Source of the DNA: Candidatus Shapirobacteria bacterium CG_4_10_14_0_8_um_filter_39_15
GTDB taxonomy: Bacteria; Patescibacteriota; Microgenomatia; UM-FILTER-39-15
NCBI GenBank assembly: GCA_002784465.1
Contig: PFLE01000011.1
Location: 3,966 to 67,965 of the forward strand
Direction of reading: 5' to 3'
DNA: 64,000 bases
Shown: positions 54,069-61,583 of the stretch, piece after piece
Position numbering within the stretch: the stretch's first letter is position 1
How the letters are laid out: every line of letters begins with the position of its first letter
The notes under the pieces: model-generated
The model's database searches: none
What the model was told of the DNA's origin: nothing
The model's input: only the letters and a program-made list of their open reading frames with translations
Made by a program: the position numbers and the translations under genes

Positions 54069-56531
54069 ATGAAAATTATACTAAAATCTTTTCTTCTATT
54101 TTTCATCATTTTACTTTTTAATTACCATAATTGTTTTGCCCTAACTCTGCTAGAAGATAATTTTAGTGGCGTTAGTCAAATGGATGGAAAACCCGTGAGT
54201 TGGGAAGAGCATTTAGGAGATATCGGTTCTTGGAATATCATTAATGGAGAATATATTGGAAAAGTCACAAAAGATACTTCCCAGGATTTATCTACATATT
54301 CTATAGCGGGTAACAATTCCTGGGATAACTATCGCTTTACTGTACGAATTAAAGGTGATATTGGTCTAGATAAAGTTATTCTTTTTAGATATCACTCTTT
54401 AAATGAAACTTATGCAATAAAGCTGATAAGCTCTTGGTGGGATACTTACGGAGATAAAATTACCCTGCTCAAAAATGATCTAACACAGTGGTGGGGAGCA
54501 AGTGCTGATTACGTTAATAGTCTTGGAATTTGGTACACATTATCTGTAGAGGTAAATAACAATAACATAAAGGTTTTTATCAATAACTCCACAACCCCCA
54601 TATTGGATTACACCGACACTAAAACTGAAACTAACAATCCTATTTTGAATGGAAAAATAGGATTAATGGCTTGGCCTGGATTTTATAACAATTATGGCAG
54701 CGTAACGCAGGTAAGTTTTGATGATGTCCTGGTAACTACCCTTGAATCTCCCTTACCCACCCTTACACCAACGCCTGCACCCTTACCCCCAATAGTAATC
54801 CTGCCCGGCTTGGGTTCCAGTTGGAATTCTGATGCCTTGCTTTTGGGACAGAATAAACCCCAAAGCGAATGGAAAGCAATGTTTGGTTTTACCCTTTATG
54901 AACCCTTAATCCAAACCCTTAAAAACGCCGGTTATGAGGATAATGGTCCTAACCAAAATCTTTTTCTTTTCTTTTACGACTGGACAAAACCGATTTCCCA
55001 AATCTCCGATGATTTAAAAATTTTTATCGCCAATGTTGTCAAGCCGCCGCCTAATAATAAAGTTGATTTAATTGGCCATAGTCTTGGAGGAATGGTAGGC
55101 AGAACTTATTTGCAGAATAATCCAGGCAATCCGGTTGATAAATTAATAACTTTAAGCTCTCCCCATCAAGGTGCGCCTTCGGCTTATTATGCCTGGGAAG
55201 GCGGTCAATTGGATAAACTTTTGGGGCCTTTTGAAAGAATCGGCGCCGGTCTTTTTCTCTATGGCAGAAATTTGACGCAAAATTCTCCATCGCAAGCTAA
55301 AGAAATTCAAACACTTTTTCCCGTCATTAAGGACTTACTGCCAACTTTTAATTATCTTAAGAAAGATCATTCGGAAGTCAATTTGGATCAAATGTCTCAA
55401 AAAAATATTTGGCTTATTAATCTAAATTCTTTCCTTCCGGATTATCTCACTTTACACCTCAATGCTTTTGTTGGCAATATTCCCAACAGCGTGATTGAAT
55501 GGATTCCGGTTACCTATCAGACCTGGCTTGATAAAATTTTAGGTCTTTGGCCTGATGGCAAACCAACTGACAATAATATTCTTGGGGCCGGGGATAAAAT
55601 TGCCTTGGCAAAAAGCAGCCAACTGGGAGGAGCAAATGTCTATGAAATTAATGGCGCCGATCACAGCACGATTGTTTCCGGTCCGGATTCGCTGCAAAAA
55701 GTCTTGGAAGTTCTCGGTCTGCCTTCCCAGCAATTTAACCCTTCGACTCCGCTCAGGGCAAGCAATTATTTAGTTTTTTACTTGGGTTCTCCGGCGAATA
55801 TCACTGGTATTTTTGATGGTAATCATCAACCGATTGGTAGTTTTGAAGGTAAAATGGGAATTGTTCCCGATCCTCTACCGGGCAAATATCAGGTGCAAAT
55901 TACCGGAACAGGAACGGGAAGTTATCGCTTATTTGTTGGGCAAATTAATCAAAATGGTCAGGATTTTTGGACCGATATTTCCGGAATGATAACTTTAAAT
56001 CAGGTCAAGTCCCATTTCCTTTCTTTCTCCTCTAATAATCCTCTAACTTTCCTTTATCCTGACGATTATTCGAATAGCGTTAAAACCAAACTGAATGACC
56101 TCAATATCAGCAGTACATACAAAACCGCTTTCCTTCTACTTTTTAATAAACAAAAATACGAGGACGCGATTAAATTTCTTTATGGTGTTCGTATCTTAAC
56201 CAAAGATTTTCCCACTAAAAATAAAATTCAGGAAATTATTGACCAATGCGAATTGCTTTATCTGTCGCAAAATTTAAACAAGCCTCTATATAATTCCGTT
56301 AAATTAGCTTCGGAATTAAAATCCAGCCGGTCGGTTTTTAATCAAATGGAAAGTTTGTTAAAAATAAAAGGTGCGCAGGGAAAAACGATTCCCGAATACG
56401 GTCAGCTTTATTTGCTGGCTCAAGATAAACTGAATCAAGCTTTGACAGCTAAATCTTATGAATCTCATATAAATGCCCTTGGCTCAAAAATGCTTTCCAC
56501 TGAACTAAATTATCTTCTTTCCAAAAACTAA
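54069..56531 (+). CDS. large secreted protein with an N-terminal lectin/LamG-like region and an alpha/beta-hydrolase (lipase/PGAP1-like) core
   Basis: Signal peptide and nucleophile elbow VDLIGHSLGGMVGRTYL (GxSxG). 820 aa. Confidence 0.5.
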   Translation: MKIILKSFLLFFIILLFNYHNCFALTLLEDNFSGVSQMDGKPVSWEEHLGDIGSWNIINGEYIGKVTKDTSQDLSTYSIAGNNSWDNYRFTVRIKGDIGLDKVILFRYHSLNETYAIKLISSWWDTYGDKITLLKNDLTQWWGASADYVNSLGIWYTLSVEVNNNNIKVFINNSTTPILDYTDTKTETNNPILNGKIGLMAWPGFYNNYGSVTQVSFDDVLVTTLESPLPTLTPTPAPLPPIVILPGLGSSWNSDALLLGQNKPQSEWKAMFGFTLYEPLIQTLKNAGYEDNGPNQNLFLFFYDWTKPISQISDDLKIFIANVVKPPPNNKVDLIGHSLGGMVGRTYLQNNPGNPVDKLITLSSPHQGAPSAYYAWEGGQLDKLLGPFERIGAGLFLYGRNLTQNSPSQAKEIQTLFPVIKDLLPTFNYLKKDHSEVNLDQMSQKNIWLINLNSFLPDYLTLHLNAFVGNIPNSVIEWIPVTYQTWLDKILGLWPDGKPTDNNILGAGDKIALAKSSQLGGANVYEINGADHSTIVSGPDSLQKVLEVLGLPSQQFNPSTPLRASNYLVFYLGSPANITGIFDGNHQPIGSFEGKMGIVPDPLPGKYQVQITGTGTGSYRLFVGQINQNGQDFWTDISGMITLNQVKSHFLSFSSNNPLTFLYPDDYSNSVKTKLNDLNISSTYKTAFLLLFNKQKYEDAIKFLYGVRILTKDFPTKNKIQEIIDQCELLYLSQNLNKPLYNSVKLASELKSSRSVFNQMESLLKIKGAQGKTIPEYGQLYLLAQDKLNQALTAKSYESHINALGSKMLSTELNYLLSKN

Positions 56532-56533
56532 TC

Positions 56534-56560
56534 GTCATCCTGAACGAAGTGAAGGATCTT
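56534..56560. repeat. hairpin-family element H6, divergent (GTCATCCTGAAC-GAAGTGAAGGATCTTC), followed by a T-run
   Basis: Starts 3 nt after the stop of 54069..56531. It may act as that gene's terminator. Confidence 0.4.
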
Positions 56561-56576
56561 CTTTTTCCCCGCGCCC

Positions 56577-56604
56577 TTGACAAGCTATCACCATTTGATA
56601 TAAT
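56577..56604 (+). promoter_or_regulatory. near-consensus sigma70 promoter (TTGACA, 16-nt spacer, TGaTATAAT extended -10)
   Basis: TTGACAagctatcaccatttgaTATAAT, giving a predicted start near 56611. Confidence 0.6.
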
Positions 56605-56610
56605 CTTTTC

Positions 56611-57472
56611 TTACGAATCACAAATTGGTGATGCAGTTTGAAAAAGGAGGTTCTTAACTAATTGACAGCAAACAGTCAGACAGTATGGAGATTCAATTCA
56701 CCCTGCCTGGACTGTTAGCCTACACCACTACGGCACACGGAGAGTACACGTTACTGAGGGGTCACGTTCTTGGGTGTTAGCTCCACAATTTCACGCACAT
56801 GTTGGGTATCACGGTGTGTGCCGTAAAGGGGAAGGTTTGGGTTCGGCGGAGCTTATGGTTGGGCTGTGATGCTGATCTCGCCTTTTCCTTGGATCCCGTC
56901 CGGCGGGATCCTGCTCAGACTCGGGAGGGTTTTTGTGGTGGAATCCCCCTGAGTCACAATCGACATGGCTCGGGTAAAGACCAAAAGGAGGTAGTATGGC
57001 AGTAGAAATCTTCCTGATTTCCTGGCTCGGCAAGGTTGCCAATCGCCAGTGCCAAGCGAATCCCTGTCAGGTCATGGTACCCCGAGCCGACTCCAACTCC
57101 CTCGGTTGTCATTTAGGATGGAGCCGTCTTGGGCCTGTCTAGTTTTGTTCGGGATCGGATTCGTCGGGAGTTGTCTTCGTTTTACGCCGTCGAGCTGTTG
57201 TATCTGATCAAGGTAAATCACCTTGCGTGATGCGTCAAACAGTTACGGTAATATTTACAGCGACAACTCTCTAATCGTTGTTCACAACCGGTCTAAATAG
57301 GAGGTAACATGCCTCTGTACAAATCCGGTATTTGTCGGCACAAGGTTCTGGGCCTTGTAAGCTGACTCGGTGAATCCGGGAAAATGAATGGCGTTCGTCA
57401 GCTCCGGCGGAGATGAAAACACAAGGTTACCAAACCTGTGCCACCATCATCTCTTCCGGAGCTCTTTTTTTA
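56611..57472 (+). ncRNA. candidate large structured non-coding RNA of unknown class (GC-rich, about 860 nt, no long ORF)
   Basis: GC about 50 % against about 36 % in the flanks. Longest ORF about 77 codons. An 8-bp/5-nt hairpin GGATCCCG-TCCGG-CGGGATCC lies at 56892-56912. Terminator-like CCGGAGCTC plus T7 at 57455-57472. Motif-level resemblance to RNase P P4 and to tmRNA only. Confidence 0.3.
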
Positions 57473-57473
57473 T

Positions 57474-57515
57474 AACTACGTTCACACCTTAAAGGTGAAT
57501 TACGTTCGCACCTCC
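57474..57515. repeat. REP-B element copy f (AACTACGTTCACACCTTAAAGGTGAATTACGTTCGCACCTCC), left flank of RAYT-2
   Basis: Lies 40 nt upstream of the RAYT-2 start. Confidence 0.75.
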
Positions 57516-57554
57516 TACTTTACATTCTTATTTAATTATTTTATAGTAATAATT

Positions 57555-58214
57555 ATGCCAGGGAGAAATCCAATTTTAGCTACAGGTGAAATTTATCATG
57601 TTTTTAATCGAGGTGTTGAACATCGTCAAATCTTTCATGATGTTTATGACTATCAAAGAGCAATTGGAGCAATTAATTTCTATCAACACAATCCAGAACT
57701 TAAATTTTCAGATTTTCTTAATCTCCCAATCGATCAAAAGCAACAAATTCTAAAAGATATTGATAAATTACCAAAAATTGTCGAAATACTCTGCGAATGT
57801 TTAATGCCTAATCATTTCCATTTCCTTCTTGAGCAATTAACCGATCAAGGAATTTCTATTTTTTTGAGTAAATTTACAAATAGCTATACTAAATATTTTA
57901 ATACAAGAGATAACCGTGACGGAAGTTTGTTTGGAGGTCCATTTAAGGCAGTTCGCATCGATACAACTGAACAGCTACTTCAGGTTTCTCGATATGTCCA
58001 CTTAAACCCTGTTGTTTCTTTTTTAATTAAACCCGAGGAAATAATAAATTATCAATGGTCTTCATTGAAAGAATTATTAGAAAAACCTACGACTGCTCAA
58101 AAGGAATTAATTCTTTCATCATTCCAAACTCCAGCAAAATATCAGGAATTTGTCATGGATCAAGTTAACTATGCAAAATCGCTGGAAAATTTAAAAGACA
58201 AATTTTTTGAATAA
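57555..58214 (+). CDS. REP-associated tyrosine transposase-like protein (RAYT / Y1 HuH), copy 2
   Basis: HuH LMPNHFHFLL and ...GGPFKAVRIDTTEQLLQVSRYVHLNPV...INYQWSS. About 45 % identical to copy 1. ATG at 57555 is preferred to the ORF-track start at 57438. Confidence 0.75.
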   Translation: MPGRNPILATGEIYHVFNRGVEHRQIFHDVYDYQRAIGAINFYQHNPELKFSDFLNLPIDQKQQILKDIDKLPKIVEILCECLMPNHFHFLLEQLTDQGISIFLSKFTNSYTKYFNTRDNRDGSLFGGPFKAVRIDTTEQLLQVSRYVHLNPVVSFLIKPEEIINYQWSSLKELLEKPTTAQKELILSSFQTPAKYQEFVMDQVNYAKSLENLKDKFFE

Positions 58215-58222
58215 AACGAAAG

Positions 58223-58250
58223 GTGTGAACCTAGTTCACCTTAAAGGTGG
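58223..58250. repeat. REP-B element copy g, truncated and inverted (GGTGTGAACCTAGTTCACCTTAAAGGTG)
   Basis: Lies 9 nt after the RAYT-2 stop and abuts or overlaps the tRNA-Val 3' end. Confidence 0.65.
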
Positions 58251-58321
58251 GTACGGAAGGACTTGAACCTTCGGCCTCCTGAATGTGAATCAGGCGCTCC
58301 AGCCGCTGAGCTACGTACCCA
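58249..58321 (-). tRNA. tRNA-Val (anticodon CAC)
   Basis: Minus strand: D-stem GCTC/GAGC, anticodon stem CCTGA/TCAGG with loop TTCACAT, T-arm GAAGG-TTCAAGT-CCTTC, acceptor 3' CGTACCC. Position 1 is T, giving a T1:C72 mismatch. Confidence 0.7.
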
Positions 58322-58425
58322 ATAAAATTTGTGCGGGTGCGGGTAAACCAACTGGGCCGCACAAGCTTCTTAACTTTTCCTTCTTGCTTCCATTATACCA
58401 AATACGGTAAAATTTATTAAAGATT

Positions 58426-59013
58426 ATGAATGAATTAACTAAACGAATTGGCGGATTTTTTCTTGATATTATTCAAACTATTGTTTTAGCCCTTTCCCTA
58501 TTTGTTGTTTGCTATTTGTTTTTATTCCAAGTTCATGTGGTTAAAGGAAGTTCAATGTTCCCCAATTTCCATGATGGAGATTTAATTTTAACCGATAAAA
58601 TTTCTTACCGCTTCAATCTTCCCCAAAGATTTGACGTGGTAGTCCTTAAGGCGCCTTCTTCCGAACCGTGCTCTGAACAAAATTGCGAATATATTAAAAG
58701 AATTATTGGTTTACCAAATGATAGAATCCGCCTCCTTAATAATCAAATATTTGTTGATGAATCGATTATTGCTGAACCTTTTTTGTCTTCAGACATCGTT
58801 ACCATGGGCAGCTCGGCGTTACATGAAGGAGAAACAAAAACTTTAGAAAGTGAAGAATATTTGGTGATGGGTGATAATCGAACATACTCCCGTGATGGCC
58901 GAGAATTTGGTCCGATCAAAAGAAATGCCATTATCGGAAAAGCGTGGTGGAGAGTTTGGCCTGTAAGCGACTTTGGTTTAGTTAAACACTATTCTTTGCA
59001 AACTGCTTTGTAA
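58426..59013 (+). CDS. lepB: signal peptidase I
   Basis: S26 motifs KGSSMFPNF and RIIGLPND with an N-terminal TM helix. Confidence 0.85.
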   Translation: MNELTKRIGGFFLDIIQTIVLALSLFVVCYLFLFQVHVVKGSSMFPNFHDGDLILTDKISYRFNLPQRFDVVVLKAPSSEPCSEQNCEYIKRIIGLPNDRIRLLNNQIFVDESIIAEPFLSSDIVTMGSSALHEGETKTLESEEYLVMGDNRTYSRDGREFGPIKRNAIIGKAWWRVWPVSDFGLVKHYSLQTAL

Positions 59014-59822
59014 ATTTTCAGAAGCGTTCCGTCGGTATCTTCCAACCCGCCCTTCAAAGTGAATGTTATTTTTGTTTCTGCCCTTGACCGGGTAATTTTA
59101 ACTTTTGCTTTCGCCCCATCATCCACCAGCTTTTTTTCCATTTCGTTTCTCATCCGATCCGCTTCCTCGTGAACCAAAAAAACTTGAACTTTGTTTCTCT
59201 TGGCCTCCTCGCCAACACTGTATTTCATTCTTCGGGCGATATCTTCCGCACGTCTCACCGAAGCGGCTTCCTTCAAAATTATCTTATAAGCTTCAATCAT
59301 TACCCTTGGATCCTCAATCGCGGCTAATGCTCTAGCATGACCTTCGCTGATTAAACCCGACAATAAACCGTCTTTCAAAGCATCCGGCAATGTCAGGATA
59401 CGCAATGAGTTGGAAACATAGGCCTGGCTTTTACCAATGCGGCGGGAAATTTCCGACGTTCCTAAACTAAATTCCTCAATTAATCTTTGAAACGCTTTAG
59501 CCCTCTCAATCGGATTCAAATCAACCCGCTGAACATTTTCCACAATGGCCATTTCCAACATCCCTCGGGGTGTGGTTTCCTTAATAATTACCGGTACGTA
59601 AGCTAATCCGGCAATCTTGGCTGCCCGCCATCGCCGTTCACCGGCAACTAGTTGATATCCGGCCGGTGTTTTAGCAACAACCAGAGGTTCTAAAATTCCG
59701 TGCTGTTTAATTGAGTCAACTAAATCAACTAACGATTCCGGAGTAATCACGCCTCGCGGTTGAAGAGGATTGCCCTGCAATTCGTTTATATCAAGCTGAA
59801 TAACCTGTTGATTTTCTGCCAT
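58989..59822 (-). CDS. parB: chromosome partitioning protein ParB/Spo0J
   Basis: ParB N-terminal box (IQLDINELQGNPLQPR...GILEPLVV...LVAGERRWRAAKIAGL) plus an HTH region. Confidence 0.85.
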   Translation of the reverse strand: MAENQQVIQLDINELQGNPLQPRGVITPESLVDLVDSIKQHGILEPLVVAKTPAGYQLVAGERRWRAAKIAGLAYVPVIIKETTPRGMLEMAIVENVQRVDLNPIERAKAFQRLIEEFSLGTSEISRRIGKSQAYVSNSLRILTLPDALKDGLLSGLISEGHARALAAIEDPRVMIEAYKIILKEAASVRRAEDIARRMKYSVGEEAKRNKVQVFLVHEEADRMRNEMEKKLVDDGAKAKVKITRSRAETKITFTLKGGLEDTDGTLLKIYKAVCKE

Positions 59823-59824
59823 TT

Positions 59825-60070
59825 TTAAATGACATTAACAAAAACATCACTTTTATTCTTTTTGAAAACTACCGACCCTTCCTTAAGGGCAAAAATCGTA
59901 TAATCACGACCCATACCGACGCCTTCTCCCGGATGATATTTTGTCCCTTTTTGCCGAACCAAAATCATGCCGTTTTTAACTTTTTGACCACCAGAAATTT
60001 TTAAGCCTAAACGGCGGCCGACGCGATTGGTTTTTTGACTGACTTTTCCGCCTGCTTTTGTTTTTGACAT
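59825..60070 (-). CDS. rpmA: 50S ribosomal protein L27
   Basis: [24 protein letters not shown]... Confidence 0.9.
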   Translation of the reverse strand: MSKTKAGGKVSQKTNRVGRRLGLKISGGQKVKNGMILVRQKGTKYHPGEGVGMGRDYTIFALKEGSVVFKKNKSDVFVNVI

Positions 60071-60165
60071 CTTAAAAAGAGTTTAAGCCATTTTTTCACG
60101 CGAGTCAAGCCCTGAAAATAAACGATTTATTTTTAGTGTTCTACTGGGGGTCAAGAGGAATTAAA

Positions 60166-60483
60166 TCAAACAGAAGAAATCTTTTCTATCGTAACTTGGG
60201 TATAAGAATGCCTATAACCAACAACTTTATGGTATCTTGATTTTGCTTTAAATTTCGCGGTTCTGACTTTTTGACCCTTAACCGCTCCTTTAACTTTTGC
60301 CTTAACAACCGTTTTTTCGATTATTGGTTGACCAATTTTTATTTTGTCTTCATCAACCAATAGCAATACCTGATCAAAATCGACTTCCTTGCCTTCTTCT
60401 AAGGATAAATTGTCTACCAAAAGGTCTTCTCCTTCGAAAACTTTATATTGACGGCCGCCATTTTTAATCACCGCGTATTTCAT
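60166..60483 (-). CDS. rplU: 50S ribosomal protein L21
   Basis: MKYAVIKNGGRQYKVFEGEDL... Confidence 0.9.
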   Translation of the reverse strand: MKYAVIKNGGRQYKVFEGEDLLVDNLSLEEGKEVDFDQVLLLVDEDKIKIGQPIIEKTVVKAKVKGAVKGQKVRTAKFKAKSRYHKVVGYRHSYTQVTIEKISSV

Positions 60484-60506
60484 TTTATGGATTATATCAA
60501 ATAATG

Positions 60507-61583
60507 TTACTTGATTTCAACCACCTCTTGATTTTTCTCAAATTTTCCGGCGGCTTCTACCAAACCGAAACAAATCATTGTTGCTAAAGCCGACGATCCG
60601 CCATAGGAAACGAACGGAAGCGGAATTCCGGTAATCGGCATTATTCCCATATTCATCCCGATATTGACGAAAATCTGGAAAAAAAGCATGGAAAAAACGC
60701 CTAAGCAAACAAGACTCGCAAATTTTGAATGACTATTTTGGGCATGTTTAAGAACGCGAAACAAAAGAATCAGATAACACATTATGACAATTGCTGCACC
60801 CACCAACCCAAATTCTTCGCTTAAAGACGCAAACATAAAATCCGTGTGCCTTTCCGGCAAAAAAGCCAAATGCGATTGGGTTCCCCTTCCCAGACCCCGG
60901 CCGAATAATTCACCGGAACCAACGGCAATAACCGCCTGAATCAAGTTATATCCCGAACCAAGAGGATCGTTATAAGGATTTAGAAAACTCAAAAAACGGC
61001 TTTTTTGGTAATCATGAAGAAAAAACCAAAAAGCAGGAATAATCATCAATATCAGAACAAAAAAACCGGCGATTGGTTTTTTCGTGATTCCTCCTCCAAG
61101 TAAAATGCCGGTCAAAACCGCCGCAATAATTAAACTGCTGCCTAAATCCGGCTGTTTAAAGATTAAAACAAGAGGGATGAGTGCCAATAAAAAAATCGCT
61201 GCTAAATGAGGAATTTTTAGCTTGTCCCATCCGGCGATTAACGAAGCAAAAAAAATAATCAGTAATGGTTTGACCATCTCCGACGGCTGAATCGAGTAAT
61301 TACCAATCGGTATCCAGCGAATCGAACCCCTCGTGACTTCACCTAAAATAAAAGTTAGAAAAAGGAAAAAAATGGAAAATAGATAGATAATTTTACTAAA
61401 ATTTTGAAAAATTCTAATATCAAATCCGGAAACAATGAAAAAAAGTAATAAGCCGACCAATAGAAAAACCAATTGCTGGTTAAAAAGCGAGGGAGTTAAA
61501 CTCCATACCATTACTAAACCAAAAGTGGAAACTATCAAAATCGAGAAGAGAATGACAAAATCAAAATTTTTGAAATATTTCAT
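60507..61583 (-). CDS. SEDS-family peptidoglycan glycosyltransferase (FtsW/RodA)
   Basis: 10-TM SEDS pattern with the C-terminal ...VSYGGSSALATMICFGL motif. Confidence 0.8.
   Translation of the reverse strand: MKYFKNFDFVILFSILIVSTFGLVMVWSLTPSLFNQQLVFLLVGLLLFFIVSGFDIRIFQNFSKIIYLFSIFFLFLTFILGEVTRGSIRWIPIGNYSIQPSEMVKPLLIIFFASLIAGWDKLKIPHLAAIFLLALIPLVLIFKQPDLGSSLIIAAVLTGILLGGGITKKPIAGFFVLILMIIPAFWFFLHDYQKSRFLSFLNPYNDPLGSGYNLIQAVIAVGSGELFGRGLGRGTQSHLAFLPERHTDFMFASLSEEFGLVGAAIVIMCYLILLFRVLKHAQNSHSKFASLVCLGVFSMLFFQIFVNIGMNMGIMPITGIPLPFVSYGGSSALATMICFGLVEAAGKFEKNQEVVEIK

Noticed and set aside
54069-56531. Treating the 820-aa secreted protein as a toxin/adhesin system
   Set aside because: The only firm signal is a GHSLG alpha/beta-hydrolase elbow plus signal peptide. 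There are no partner genes and no RHS/YD/toxin motifs.
23691-56585. Shared 9-mer CTTGACAAG/C upstream of lexA, the LexA-MTase gene and the strong promoter, as a LexA box
   Set aside because: Only the lexA copy is palindromic. The other two look like plain extended -35 hexamers, so the shared word is more likely promoter consensus than operator.
56825-57452. Calling the GC-rich locus RNase P RNA, or tmRNA
   Set aside because: Only single-motif resemblance was found (a P4-like 5' strand with a possible partner 620 nt away; GGATTCGTCGGGA against the tmRNA GGATTCGACGGGA). P1/acceptor pairing, the T-arm and the other conserved regions could not be found by eye. The spacing is wrong for RNase P. 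No tag-peptide frame ends in ...ALAA. Left as unknown class pending covariance-model search.
14957-58250. Could the REP-B direct repeats (ACGTTCACACC twice per locus) be CRISPR repeats?
   Set aside because: Each locus has only two repeat units, separated by a fixed palindromic core rather than variable spacers. Copies are dispersed singly between unrelated genes. There are no cas genes in the window.
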